Notes: a model not told the origin generated them from the letters alone. 64,000 nt of DNA from Marsupella aquatica (GCA_973895155.1 OZ316899.1:16271974-16335973), one strand, 5' to 3'; positions 1-13,954 are shown, counted from the stretch's first letter. Program-made: numbers and translations.

Positions 1-23
1 TGGCGAAGAACAAAGCCCACTTC

Positions 24-995
24 CTAGGCTGGTAGTTCTCGACCTGGATTACCTAGGTGGCGGATATCTTGCCCCGCAGCTCCATCATGTGGAGGGTGTA
101 CCGCTGAAACTCCAACCGCTCTCCAATCTTCGGGATAAGGCATGTCCTCGTTAGCAAGCCGTTGTCCACTAAACCCTTGGCCGGGAAGCTGGATGATTAG
201 TACTTCACTCCTTTGCCCCCTGGGGCTCGTGATTCCAGGCACCCGATTTGGTCCCTTGGGTACTAGGCCAAAGATGAGCTTAAGTCGCTCCTCATTTAGG
301 GACATTACTTGCCCATGCGCGCGGGTTTGTTGGCGGGCCTTGTCAAAGTTCTGGATGAACTCCGTCATGTCTTGCCTGTAGTACCTGGAAGTGTTCCAAG
401 GGAGAGCGGCGAGGTGTTCGAACCCTTGGGTCTTTAGGTAAGCTGCATGCTTTGGGTGGAGGATGTTCTTGTGGACATTCTCCCCCATGCAATGCATGGT
501 CAACTTGGCCACTGGTAAGCCGGATACTGTAGCCGGCTCCTTCCTCTTCCTTCCCCGCGATTGGTTCCCGGGATGGCTTGTAGAAGGGGACATCTCCCCA
601 TCTCCCCTATCCGGCAGGGGTAGTGCTACTACCGTTAGAACTGGTGCCGGCACCGCAACCATCACCGTATTGTCCCCCAAGGCCGCCCCTTGGGTTTGGG
701 CTTGTGCGGGCGGTGATGTATTACCCATCCCATTTTGGTGCGTCCCTAGTGGCCTCCGGACAAGGGGTGGATGAGCCTCCTCATCTTCTGCGCTTAGATT
801 TACCGCGTTCACCACGGATTGTACCCGAGCGAGCGGTGCAACCGGTGGTGGGGAACGGCTTGATGGAGGCCGAGGCGGTGTTTGTGTCGGTGTTGGCGAG
901 TTGGCTACAAGTGTAGCCGGAGGGGGCGCCATAGAACCCAAAAGTTTGGATGGGAAGCCGAGCGATGCTAGAATTGAAAACCCGCCCGGAATCAA
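24..995 (-). pseudogene. Retrotransposon accessory protein (plant-transposon-protein-like), frameshifted near 210
   Basis: GQVMSLNEERLKLIFGL and, after a frameshift, SFPAKG..NG..CLIPKIGERLEFQRYTLH..VEN align by eye with GKVFELTPALIEAVFAL..SFPGP..NG..CTNPHIGQLIDFLRVTLH..VEN of ORF 51615-51998. Confidence 0.55.
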
Positions 996-1022
996 ACTGC
1001 CAAACCAATAGTCAAGGAAGGA

Positions 1023-1373
1023 CTACACCTTGGCGGGTATGTTGTCAAAGTGATGATGCTGCAAGTCCACCGTGCCCGGGATCTTGAAGACCTTGTCCAG
1101 AAGTTGAAGGAGCGCTTCTCCAAAGCTGAGGTACTTTGTACCATCGAAGAAGAATTTGGCGATCTCCTCGTTCCGAAAGTATTTGCTCTCAAAGGGAAGG
1201 TTCAGGTTGTTGTAGTGAGAGCGCCCGTTCAAACGGATAAGTTGTTCGTACTGTCTTTTGGCTTTGTACTTGCACGGCTTGTGCTTGACAAGTGTTTTTG
1301 CAAGATGGTTACCAATACCCAGAAATTGGAACCAAAAGCGGATGGCAGAACTGGACATAACCGTGATAGACAT
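1023..1373 (-). CDS. Small hypothetical ORF, possibly the 5' part of the accessory gene
   Basis: 116-aa ATG-started ORF on the same strand, just upstream of 24..995. A TATAAAA motif lies on the minus strand at ~1474-1480. Confidence 0.3.
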   Translation of the reverse strand: MSITVMSSSAIRFWFQFLGIGNHLAKTLVKHKPCKYKAKRQYEQLIRLNGRSHYNNLNLPFESKYFRNEEIAKFFFDGTKYLSFGEALLQLLDKVFKIPGTVDLQHHHFDNIPAKV

Positions 1374-2809
1374 ATGGCGAGGTATGTTGGATTCCTAAAG
1401 GAAAAACAGAAGAGTTGGGATCAAAGCTAGAGCGTGGAGTGCACTAGTGACACAAGACGGGGAAGAGCCCGCCTTTTATACCCTTGTGGGGCGTCAACCA
1501 ATCGGCCCCTCCGCTTTTGATAGGCCAAGTCCCTCACGCTTACAGTATATCGGCCACTCCGCAGGTCCGGGTCAAGGCGTGTCAGAGGGCCGCCTCCCGG
1601 ATCAGTTATGCGGATCCAAGGTAGACGGCCATAACGAGATCATAATCAGGTGGTACGGTAAGTGTTGTGCCACCAGCCCAAGTGTGAATGTTATTTATTG
1701 ACTAACCTTGTCCTATTCATCATTACTAACTAATTTTGTGTTGCTAGGCTAACAACTACGGACTACTAAGTCCCCTTTGTGCGTGCTCAACACGGATTAG
1801 GCCGGATTACTCATTACCAGCCGTGCTGGCAGTGTCACACCAACCAATTGGTAAGTAACCCATCTTGATCTCGAAACTCCCAAAACCATTGTCTTGCATC
1901 AAGCTCAATAGTCATTACTATAGTAAGTAGGTCAGCGGATAGAGCCTCCCAGACCCGCATGGCCTTGCCATAAGCTGAAGCTAAGGTCGGCATCACCGTT
2001 CGTCCAAAATAATCTATCTACTGGATGCCGCCCAAGCTTCCCCACTTTCTACCCGTCAACGGCTGACCACCCTGCCCCCAAGACATGCCCATGGCCCAAA
2101 CTCAGTTTGTCACAAGCTAGTAGTAACACGCCTGGACCATTCAATTTCTAGTTCTAAGCCACCTCCCGACAGAATCGGGTTTCGCTCAAACTCTCACCAT
2201 GCATCGGGAACAGATCTCAATGGCAGCCCCCAAAGTCTACTTGGTTCTACCTCCCCAACATCAGGCCCACGTGGGAACCAAATGTGGTTTGGTCACTATT
2301 CGACTTCGGATCGGTAAGAGGAATTCCCCCTATGGCAAGCCTCAAAACCAAAACCATCCAATGCACTATTAGTGAGCACCATGAGGTATCTTTCTTCCTT
2401 AGCTTTCTAACAAACCCAAGCACTCCCCCAACAGAGATCCGGTCGTTAAGTTATGCTTGTTTCTGCTCCAAAACTCGAAACAACGTATCTTCGTCGATCG
2501 CAATCAGCTTGAGCTCAAACTTGAGAGGACCACTCCCCTCATATATGCTTCTGGGGACCTGCCACCCCCAGACCAGCTTGGATCCCCTATCTTTGGCCCC
2601 TACTTTAGGCTCTGTGGGCCCTGCCACTTAGCTTGAAACAAAGATAATCGAAAACTCTCTACAACTTGGTCTCCAGCATGAATTGTGGAATATGGGGCTA
2701 AAAGCTACGGTCAAAAACCCGCTTTGGTCTAGTCAACCCCCCCGGTCCAGGCAACCTCCCTTGGTTCAGGCGTGTCCTTCAATGCGCGGCGACTCTAGTC
2801 GAGTCTAAA

Positions 2810-3110
2810 TCGGCCATACCTTTTGGCCCTTGGGTCCGTTGGCCAAAATATATGTAGCCCCATGATTGGGTTCATGTGGGGCTTCTTGGGCCCCTATGGT
2901 GGTCCATTGAAAAAATAGTTCATTTTTCCATGATCCGCAACGGGCCCAAACTACAAGCATGCAACTTGAATCGGCCATAACTTTTGGCCCCTGGGTCCGT
3001 TGGCCGAGAAATATGTGGCCCCATGATTGGGCTCATTTGGGGCTTCTCGAGCCCCTATGGTGATCTATTAGAAAGATAGTTCATTTTTTCACGATCGGCA
3101 TGGGGTCCAA
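2810..3110. repeat. Two-copy ~160-bp tandem direct repeat
   Basis: tcggccata..ttttggccc.tgggtccgttggcc..ccccatgattggg..cccctatggtg..tagttcattttt occurs at ~2810 and ~2970. Confidence 0.85.
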
Positions 3111-3274
3111 TAGAGCTTAATTGGAGCACACTTTTCTCAAGTCTTGTCCTTGCTCTTACTCCTCCTCTTTGTTAGTCGCATCCCTAATGGCCATGATGGT
3201 AGCAAATCTAAGAGGGGCTCAACGCTAGAGTTGGCAACGTTGGAGCAATTACGAGTAGGTGAAAGTTGTATTCA

Positions 3275-6200
3275 CGACTGGTGGGATCCAAGTAGAAGTG
3301 ACAATGGTGGAATCCAGGTTAGGCAGATGACAAGGGGCGCAATTCTTGGCATTGTCAGCAATTGTGTGTCCATTTGCCCCTTGTAACTCTAGCACTCCAA
3401 ACGGTCAAATAGCCTTAACCCTAAGAATAGTATGACTAATAGAGGTGTCTAGGGTGTCGTTAGCTTGCTGTTGCAAGTACACAAAATCTCTCACTTCAAA
3501 CTTCTTGACCTTGGGCTGAAAAGTACCCCCTCATGTGTGTGCATAACGTAGTGTGTCCTTGTGTTGTGCAATGGTCAAATTCTCCATGGCTATGGGCATA
3601 ACCCTCGTGAATAGGGCAACCCTCTCAGAGATCACATCAGACCAAGTCACGGTTGAATCCAAGTCCACCACCGGAAGCATGTGAGCAACAATAGTAGAAG
3701 GTGGAACTGGGTGACGACCAAACAACAAAAAGTAGGGAGAAAATTTAGACAGTGATGCATGTCTAGACATCCTATACCCCATGGCAATGTAGGGTAAGGC
3801 CAGGTCCCAATCTTCCTTGTTTTTGGTGAGGCAAATCTTTTGGAGACCCTTCTTGCATGTCTAAACCATGTGCTCTGCCAAGCCATCTGCTTGTGGGTGA
3901 TCTCGTGACATTTGGCGATGATCAATGAGGGCCTGATCAAGCAGCTCCTGGAACTCTCCTCTGAACTCTGATCCTTGGTCAGTGAGACATTCTGCACAAG
4001 CTCCAAACCGGTTGAGAACTTGTTGAAGGAATGCATGGCTAGTGCTATGGGAAGTCTTATGCGGTAATGCCACAAGTTCTATCCACTTGGAGAAATGCTC
4101 TATCATGATCATGATGTAAAGATTACCCCAAGATGTGAGGGGTAATTCTCCAGCCAAATCACACTCGGGGGGGGGTCACTATATCGAGGGCCATACATCA
4201 CGTGCGACATTTTAGGGTTTGACCCCCTAACTTATAAGTGAAAATATTTTTTGCAAAGCCCTTTCTTTCTTTAAATTTTGTCATTTTTTATTTAAAAACC
4301 CTACAAACTTTAAAGAAAGTATTTTTTGCAATTAAATAGGCCTATGTGTTCTTTAAAGTTGACCAGTCAATAAAACATGCCCTATGTGTTCTTCCACCAA
4401 ACTTTGGAAGTCTTCCACCACACCCATTTAAATGGGCCTATACTTCGTTGCACGTGATGTGCCACTTCCGTGGAAGTGACCCCCCCGAGAAATCACATGA
4501 CCAACGATAAAACATGCCCTGAATAGGGAGTGGATGAAGTGTGGGTTGTCAAGATGTGAAAGAAGTCCTCACCCTATCACACTGTTCACACCGGGCAATA
4601 ACATCCCAGACCTGGCCATGCATGCCTCTCCAATGATAATGGGGAACCAAGAGGCCGTAAGTCCTCTTAACACCAAAATGACCAAGCTCAAAATGTACCT
4701 TACGGATAAGGCCAACCCTCTCATGAATGGGTGGAACCACCACTTCCCTGTCTGGCAAGCAGCGCACGAGATGATCTCCCTTCCACAAGTAACGCTTGGA
4801 CCTTTGCAAAATTCGGTCTCTTTGGGCTGCAGTGACATATGTGGGGTATTCCCCATGCTGCAAAAATCTTAGAGTGTTGCTATTCTCCCATATGTCCACC
4901 ACAGGTTGGTCAACAATGTAGCATGGCAGCAAAGCAAGATAGGTAGATGCATGAAATGTAAGCAGGATGGAACCCTGGTCAAAATCCTGTCGTGCATCTG
5001 AGGAATCATTAGAGATAATCAAAGGGATGTGAGACAAAGTATCAGCATTCTGATGTGTCACACCAGGCCTATGAATTACCTCAAAGTCATACTCCTGGAG
5101 TATGAGCGCCCAACGAGCAAGCTTGCCAGTAAGCTTGTTGTTAGTCATCAACCACTTTAAGGGCTGGTGGTCTATGTAGAGAGTAAACCTGGTCCCATAG
5201 AGTAGGGCCTGTAATGTATGACAGCCCACACAACAACAAGGCATTCACCCTCATAAGAAGAATAATGACTCTCTACCTGATTGTTGCTCCTGGGTGCATA
5301 GGCAATGACGTACTCCTTAACTTCCTCATCATGCTGGCCCATAATGGCATCAATCCCAAGGGCACTCCAATCTGTGTATAGCACAAAGACCTTGCTGAAA
5401 TCAGGTCTTCTTAGCACCGGGTATTCTGAGAGCTTCTCCTTCAAAGTGACAAATGTTGCCTCAACATCTGTACTCCATGTCCAAGTCACATTTTAACAAA
5501 GAGTACAATGGGTGTGCAATGGTAATGAAATCTTTGATGTAGATTCCATAGTAATTGCACAACCCAATAAAGCTCCTAAGAGTGTGAACATCAACTGGTA
5601 GGAGTGGGCATTTCCATGATGGACACCATGTTGGCCTAGTGAGCCATGGTTCCATTTGGAAGAATGCGGTGCCCAAGATATACTACTCATTTGACAGCAA
5701 ATTCACACTTTTTGGGGTGTATCTTTAAGTTCACCTTCTTAAGCCTCATGAATGGCTCCTCAAGGTCAAGTAGATGCTGGTCAAATCCTTTGATGTGGAC
5801 CAACACATCAGAAATGTAGCATTTCAGAAACTTAACACCTTGAAGAACCTGCTCCATGACTCTTTGAAAGAATATGGGCGCATTCTTCAAGCCAAATGGC
5901 ATCACCAACCACTCCCATAGTTGGTTACTACCATGGAAAACTATTTTCTTGCGGTCCTTTGCAAGCAGCAAAATCTGGTTAATGCCTTGCCTTAGATCCA
6001 CAAGAGTGAAAATGTCTGAGTCTCCAATGTTGTCAAATAGCTCTTTTGGCCATGGCATGGGGTACCTCACCTGGAGTGTGACCAGGTTCAATAGCCTGTA
6101 GTCCCCACACATGCGCTTCTCTATCCTCAATCCACTAGAATCCTTCTTTGTTGGCATCACTGTAGCTGTTGCAAAGTCTGATGTAGATGGGTGAATACGA

Positions 6201-6515
6201 TCAGCTTCATAGAGCTCTTGGCACCTCTCATCCACCAGCTTCCACTCATGCTTACTCAAACGGTGTCTCCGCTTGAAGATAGATGTTTCATCAGCCAACT
6301 CAATGGAGAACTGCATAGTCTTGCACTTACCCAAGTCCTTCATTGAGAAAGCAAACACGTTCTCATGCTTGAGAAGCAAATTCAGCAGCTGGTCCTTTTG
6401 TCATTTACTCAAGTGGTTGCCCATGATGAATGTGTAGCTGGCAACACTAGGAATAGGACTTGATGTACTCATGCTTGAAGAACTAGAAGTGCTAGCCTCT
6501 TCGGGTATAGCCACC
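3275..6515 (-). pseudogene. Degenerate Ty3/gypsy pol (RT-RNaseH-integrase)
   Basis: RT: RMCGDYRLLN, MPFGLKNAP, YISD for YIDD (5687-6379). RNase H: YTDWS, YSSYEGECL, DHQPLKWL, ARWALILQEYDF. Integrase: HFGVKRT..CEQC, LTDQGSEF, HPQADGLAE. Domain order is gypsy. Many frameshifts and stops; truncated at both ends. Confidence 0.95.
4164..4489. mobile_element. 326-bp non-autonomous TIR element (MITE) related to element B
   Basis: Ends are CTCGGGGGGGGGTCACT ... AGTGACCCCCCCGAG, with 8-bp TSD AAATCACA (4156-4163 and 4490-4497). Removing it restores the integrase reading RWSCDLAGELP. Confidence 0.93.
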
Positions 6516-7689
6516 GAGACAGGAAACAGGAAAACAGGAATTCTGGTACCAGAAAAACTGATGCTGTTATCAGGAATATGTTGTTGTTACCAGGAAAAGT
6601 TTGTCATTGGAACAGGATAATACTTCATTACTTCAAACCATATACATCTGAAAATAAGCAATATTCATTGCGCTTCATTTATATTCTAGAGCTTAGAACC
6701 AACTAACATGGCAACAATTGTTGTCTGATGATAAGTGAGTACGGAATCACCAACATACTTCTGGAATATAGTGTCCCAAAAATTATAGACACACAAACAT
6801 TTACCAGTGAATGCCATAGGAAAAAACATTGACATGGTAGGTCCCACCATAATTAACATAATATTATATGCAGACAATAAGGCAGAAAACCACGATTAAA
6901 AACTTTGGACAATTTCAAAGACCACAAACAATGGGCTAGCGCCTGGCGCTAGCTAAAATGGAAACAAGCAACACACTTAAAAAATGACAATGCATGAATG
7001 CACAATGTGCGAAACAAAAAATTAAAAAATCATTTCCAGTGATAAAATTACAATGAAGTAAATTAATCTGTGGACCCCCATGTTCATCCAAGGAATGTGT
7101 GTGATAAAGTGAAATCAATTTTCTACAAGGCAATAACCGATGGTTTTGAGTCTCCCAGTGATCTTGGTGTATGCTTGTACCAAAGAGAACGCTTGAAAAG
7201 ATAGAGGAGATCAATCTGGTTGAGATGATCTCTTTGGTTCATCAAACCAAAAGTCAAATGTGTAAGAATTTGTTGGACGGTTTTTGCTCAAACATTGGAG
7301 AAATTGTGTTTCTATCATTCCTGATTTATTGTTTGTGAGTTACGTTGAGAATTATCGCCACAAGACAGTCCGAAGAACATCACTCAATTGTTGGCGAAAG
7401 GGTGCTTGTCATTTTGGTGGGAAGAACGCACAAAACGGACAAGCCATCACTTCACAGGTTTTGTAATTTTTTAAAATTAAGAAAGCTATTGTGTGAGGGA
7501 GAGACCAACGATTGTTTCTTTGACACAGAGGCTACATTTGGCGTCAGCTTGTGTTCAGAGTGAGCTTTGTTGAAGCCTAGAGGGACGCGAACAATTCAAG
7601 TCAGGAAGAAAACGTTGCGGACAAGCAATGACAACGTAATCAAAGAAATCAATTTGGAGTGGCTAAGTTTGTGACGGTGATGGGATTGT

Positions 7690-8100
7690 GATGTCTCTTA
7701 ATAGAGAAAAGGTTTCCAATGAGCCTCGGATTGACAATTTTTGTCAAGTTCCAAATGAGTTTTTGAATATCTTTGTCTTTCCCATGAGTGTGACAATAAG
7801 AAATTTTGATCATGAGTTTATGAATTCTTTTAACTTTTCAACATTGAGTCAGACATTAACAAATTTCATGTCAGATTTTGTCACTGTACTAAAGAGATCA
7901 TGAGGTTTTCAATCTCTCTAGTTTTCTAATGTGTGACATTGGACGTATTTGTCAAGAATTAAAGAGATCATGAGTATGTGAATTTCTCTAGCTTTCCAAT
8001 GAACTTAACATTGATAAATTTTGTCAAGTACTAAGGAGATGATGAGTTTTTAATTTAGCTCTAGCTTAGTTTCCAATGAATGTGATTTTGAGAGATTTAA
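7690..8100. repeat. Degenerate short AT-rich repeats in element A
   Basis: Recurrent tttccaatga / ttttgtcaag / gagatcatgag words. Confidence 0.55.
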
Positions 8101-8492
8101 AAATAATTTAAAAATACAAGCATTTTGATGTAAAACACTGATATATCATTGACAAACATTAGAATGGTAACTTTATTTTACTAAATGACATCTCTTTCTT
8201 TCTATTCTATTTTTTTTATGTTCAATGTTTACTGCATGGCGCCCCCAAAATTACATTTCTTTTGCCACAAACAGGAATGTGCCCTTTTGTTACTGTCATA
8301 GTTAAGATCTTTCTTGTTTGTGGCTGGTTGTGCTGATGTGGCGCAACCTTGTGGCAGGAATTTGCAAGGGACTTCTCATGGGGGTCCGTAATGATAATAA
8401 GGAAGACTTCCATCCCAGCGCCATGCACTAACATAAAACTATACCGTTGTAATACGACAAAAACCAATATAACCGTTTCGAGTATAGGACAA

Positions 8493-11400
8493 CTATATCA
8501 TTCTCTGTAAACCATAAGCATTTTCCCTCTCCAAGATCAGTCGAACTTCTCCAACTGTGAGAATTGGTTGGCTGGTCAAAGTAGATTCCTCAACGTCTAG
8601 TTTGAAAACGGTCTGGAAAACCCAGTACAAATGTTTGCAAGGCATATATGGCTGTCTGCAAGAATGTCGATGATAGAAATCATCACACGAACAAGTTGGG
8701 AAAATACAAATTTGCACAAAGTAACTATTTGGCGTCCTTAGATTCTCATGCGTTTGTACTTTGAATTGCTTCCCCCATGAGTTCCCAATAGAAACATCCC
8801 ACTGTCCCTGGCCGGACATGGTCTCTTTTTGTGCAAATTCAATCCTCTTCATGTGACCATGGGTCAAGGTCGATCGAGGAACTGTGTTCTTTCCATTCCA
8901 ACTCCGAAGACAAACAATGGGTTCCAGAAGATTGACTCTCTCTGGAAATAAGTTGACGTTGATTCAATGCTCAAAAAGTGATTGTGGAGTTAGAGGATTG
9001 TCTCTTCCTCGGACTATAGGTACTCCATGGTCAACAAGATACTTCATCTCAGCTTCCAAAACATTTGTTCCTTTTATAATAGGAAGAACATCAGGGAAGG
9101 AGGGCAGGTTCACTACACCACGGCGGGGACAGCTCCGATAACATGTGTTGTTTGGGCAAACCATATCATTTTGGCTATGGGTTCCCCCATGAACATGCAT
9201 TGTCCTTTGACAACAATGCCGATAACACCGTTTGATGAGGGGAACCCAACTTTCTTCACTCTATTTCAACACTCATCTCTCTTGAAACACCGCCAAATGA
9301 TGCGTTGCACTACGGACCCGCCCCAAATTTTGATGTCCGACGCAGATGCCATGCACCTTGCATGACTTTTGTTACAAGAACTGGAGATTTGAGCAATGTC
9401 TGTTGAAGTATAGTGGGAGCATTGTGTGGGTATTGCATTGAACGTGATTGATGTTGATCCTGCGGTGTCCTGAAATCATCACGTTCTGCATCCCTCGAAT
9501 CATCACTTCCTGAAAGATTGACAACGGAAATGTCATCTGGTTTGTCTTCCGATATGGAAGCAAACATTGTGTGGTGCAGATTTTTACGCTTGAGTGATCT
9601 GGTATTTGGCGATGTGATAAGGACTTTATCATGCCGGTGGGAGTCTTGTGGTGAGATAATCCCAATTGCACGTCCTTTCCTCTTGATAGACTTTGTTACA
9701 ACATCTCCATTGAGAGGAATGCTTCTCTCCAAGTTAAACTCAGCAGCATTGGAGAGGAGCATGTTCATCGCATCCTCGAACAACTTTGGGGAACCTGTCT
9801 GATCAACTGAACGGAAAGCCAGTTCCCATATTGTTGGACCTCTCCCTCTATTCAATCCTTTCAAATATGTGGTATATGCTGCAACTTGAGATATAGCTCG
9901 ATTCTGATCCATTTCACATGCCTCGAAGAGCCCAACCTTTTTTTCATTACCCATGCTTTCATTCCCGCGTGAACTGACTCTGATTCTGTACAGTTTGGAA
10001 TCCTAGCGCCTTCTTCAGCACTTTTGTCCTGGAACAACAAAGTATAAACACTAGTAAGCATACGCAAAAGATACTAGCACCAGGCGCTACGCAGAAAATT
10101 TGGAGAAAACCATCAATATCATTGTGTAATCACATGTTTATCAAATAAATTGAAAACAGGTCAATCTTTGAGAATCAATTACATTCTTTGGATATGGTGT
10201 TGAGAAATCAAATGTTCATGAATGGAATGTTGAGAGGAATGTCATCTGACAATTGTACTTCTACAAAGGAAACTGACTTGCATATTACTAGCGCCAGGCG
10301 CTATTACTCACCAAGCGAATAAAATTTCCCCATTGCCTCCAACGCACGACCCACCATGATATCCAACTCTGAAGCATTCAAAGCTTTCTAGGGAAGCAAT
10401 TACTAGACTGCCACCATAGGTCAATCTCTCTTGAAAGTCGGTAAGCCTCCACAAATGTTGGTGCGTTATGTAATTTATCCTATAGCATTCGATGTTCTGC
10501 CTGCTTCTCTTCCAACACTCCTTGAACATAATGGCGCTGAAAAGTGAAAAGCGTTTGTCCTCTCCCGTTCAGGGTTTGGGTGCCATCCAAAAAAACATTC
10601 CAAACTGATAACCATCCGGCTTGGGCATTGTCTGCCATAAAGCCATGAATGGTTGGATTATCTAACCCATTTTCTTTGGAAACCTCAATCATTAATCTCC
10701 AAGCCTTCTCGAAGGACGTTGTGTCTTCAGCGTTTAGCTTGCAAGTAAATATTGTACACAATGCGCGATAATTGTGATCGTAAACATGTGCGCTGAAGTC
10801 ACCCAATCCTTGGTCATTCATTTCATGACATCAAAGCTTACCCAGGCACCTTCAAGACTCCCTCCAGGTTGCATTTGCGCCAAAAGATCCACCCCCGACC
10901 CATGGCCTTTGGAAGTCATCTTAAATATGTGGGGTCTGTCTTCTTGAGATCCTTGACCTGGAAGGATGTACCTCTATAGAAAAGGCATGTTGATATTCTT
11001 TTGATATCGAACAAGAAAATTCAACTCTCCACGGCCTTTCTGGTCCTGCCTAACACTCTTGAAAAGAGATGCAAACTTTTGTGGAGTAGAAACTACCATT
11101 AGAGACTGGAAAATTTATGTTTCTTTGATATCTTGAATATCACCCAGGCTCTCACACAAAGACTGTACGAAAGATCATGTCGCTACATTTTTAATCCCGG
11201 TAGGCGAGGAAGTTGGATTACCTTCCAATTTCTTTTTTATGACATCTTCAACAACCTTTTCTGCACTCCGAGAAAATACCTTGCGACAAGGATGGTTTTG
11301 CGTACCCATATGAATCTCAGGGCGAGACATGTGACTACAGGTATCTAAGTCAAGTAGAACTTGAGGATACATATAAAATAGTCTTGCAGAGCGTGCCTCT

Positions 11401-12285
11401 ACACAAAAAGGGATCTGATGGCAATAATGACAAACAACTCCACCTTGCTCAATGAATGATCCAACACGGTGAGACCCTCCAAGTTTTGGGGTACCAGCCC
11501 AGGCCTTTGCATTACTCCTCTTCTTTCGGCAGGAATAGTTACAAGTTTTATTCCTGCACTCAATAAATCCAGTACAAGTAACTTTACCAAATTCCCAGTA
11601 TTTCTTGGGATGCACGTTTGCAGTGGTAGGAAATATTCTTGTCCAGATGTAGCAATCCCTGGTTCGGTCCATGTCCCATAGACGGGATCCTTTTGAAAGA
11701 ATTCCCAACGATGGAGGCAACTCAAAGACTATGTTACCATTGTACTTTGGCAGCAAACAAGGTACTTGTTCATGCCAAAAGTTTCCAGCTGCAATGAACC
11801 TCGAAAGTTTACTGGACCCAATTGACTTGAGCAGTGCCTTCATTGCACTTCTCCAATATACAATGTGGGATTGCGACGATGGCATCTCCTCTTTGACAGA
11901 CCACGTCAGGCGCCAAAGGCTCCACAAGGGGGATCCTTGGTGGCTCCTCATCATCACTATCGGTAAGAGTAACTACATCCATTGGATCCCTTTGTGGGGA
12001 TTGCCGATCTCCTTGATTTGGTTTCCAAACGACAATGGAGTAGCGCAACCCAGTATTAAGGTGCCAGAATCTCACTCCATCATCGATATCAAAAAGTGCG
12101 ACAGATGCAAAGTCATTGGCTTTCGTTCCCTCTTGAACGATTGCCTCTACGTCATTCATGCACAAATCAAACCTTCCACAAAGATAAACCTCACTTACTT
12201 GCCTGTACCTTTCAACCACGGACACTAGAATGGAAACAATGTCACTGATGGACATATGGGTAACAACGATTGCCTGAGACATCAC
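8493..12285 (-). pseudogene. MULE/Mutator-like DDE transposase with C-terminal SWIM zinc finger, multi-exon, decayed
   Basis: Cys/His-rich N-terminal region (CTGFIECRNKTC, CHYCH, IHMG..HP). Candidate DDE motifs WVSFD, GFMAD..(ERT.AFHF) and SESVHA. SWIM motif CSCDDF..PCKHLYWV at 8493-8867. Confidence 0.75.
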
Positions 12286-13218
12286 AGAAGCCTTGGAAAC
12301 GAATGTGCACAGGAAAATTATGAATCAAAATTCTGTGGGCGAGGACTGTTATCGATCCTCACTAACAGTTTCCAAAAGCCGTTATAATAAGACAATCCTC
12401 TGACACCATAAATGTATTTTGTCATTATATCAACGTCATTTACGATTACCAACGCATTCAAAATTCTTTTTCAAAGAACCTTTTTGTTTTGGAAATCTCA
12501 AATCTTAAATAGCGCCAGGCGCTATTAAACAAAAGTAGAGGTCCATGTGAAGTCAATTTATGTTTAGTGCCTGGCTCTAATAAAAACAAATGAGAAAATA
12601 AGAGGTCCAAAAGGAGTCAATCGATGTTTAGCGTCAGGCGCTAATATTGAGTCTATTCATATTATGAACGTCTACAAAGGTAAACTATAAAATATGAGCC
12701 TAAAAAGGTTGAAATAGCTTTGTTTTTTAATAGTGCCCGACGCTAGTTTTCTTTTGTATCAAAAATATGCGGAAAACGTTGTTCTAAGGAAAATAATGTC
12801 GTATTACCGTCTCTTAGGGTTATATTGAATTCCCAACTGATGTAGAAATTTAAGACTTTAGCCCTTGGAAATTACTAGCGCCCAGCGCTACTATTTGGTG
12901 AGTAACAATAACAGGATATAGATGCCCGATATATTCTTGAGTTTTCCTTTCAACGGTCACATTCAACGGTAACTATAGGTTGCGTGTTCCTCAATACATC
13001 AATCCTCGTTGGTCTTGTTGAATAAAGTAAGGACAGGTGTCACATATCCAGGGCAGGAGTTCAGTTCTGTTATCATATATCTCATGCTCTATGCTCTGGA
13101 TCCTTTTTATTTTCCATGTGAGGTATGGTACGATTGAAGTTGTATGACAGGTTTGTGTTGTTTGCAGTACGGTAAGAACGAGATGGTCGTTAGTAGTTTC
13201 TTTCCCCCTTGTGCAAGC

Positions 13219-13954
13219 GATGGACCCTGCCTTCTCCTCCTCTCAATGCTTTAGTGGAAACGGACAGAGAGAGGTCGTTCCTTTGCAAACATCTGAGTGT
13301 TCACTTTCAAGATCTGTGTATAGTCGTTGAGTGACTAGGTCCATTGCTTCGCAAGCTCCTGAAACACAACCGGCTGTATCATTCCCAAAGAGCAGGAGAG
13401 GGAAGATGGATGATTTTGATTTGTATGCTGTGGAGACTTCGGAGAGACATCGCTTACCATTTACGATGTGATCTCCAAACACATTATGTCATTTGGAAAA
13501 GCTTTCCGAGGACATGATAAGGATCCGCCAAGGATTCCAATGTGTTGGTTCCTTCATATGGAAGTAGTGCAACCATTATAGAAGGAAAGTCCTTTGATAG
13601 AGAAGCTAAAAGACTCTTTTCAGAGCACGGGTTACAATTCTAAGATTGGCATGTTGCTTTACATCCAACAAATTTGAATGGAGATGTCTAGATCTGCACA
13701 CCAGAGATTTGTGCTTCCTAGGATCCAATTTGGGTCGTAGAGAATGAAAAGTTTGAGGCAGAATGTGTTGCCAACCCTGATTTCTCCGTCCTGCAGGGTA
13801 AGATGTTTTCATTATTTGATGGTAACCATTGACTATACGCATGGTCCATCGTAACAAAGGAGAATCCGGATGATGTGAAATATCATCCTCGTGTACTTTG
13901 CACAATATTCAAGGGAGAAAAGGGGTCCTTGATCAAGATTGAGGTGGTCAACCA
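13219..13954 (+). pseudogene. ParB/Sulfiredoxin-like nuclease-domain gene, exon 1 (decayed)
   Basis: My translation reads ..ENEKFEAEC..GKMFSLFDGNH*LYAW..HPRV.., a DGNHR-type motif with CGA>TGA. It ends at a GTAAGT donor at 13955. Confidence 0.6.

Larger units (their letters stand above)
1..3274 (-). mobile_element. Partial LTR-retrotransposon segment (probable LTR/accessory-ORF region) that truncates the adjacent gypsy integrase
   Basis: The gypsy integrase reading (..TSTWIPP) stops at 3275, and new sequence begins with TG on the minus strand (TGAATACAAC). It contains an ORF homologous to the solo-LTR ORF at 51615-51998. The other end is outside the window. Confidence 0.5.
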
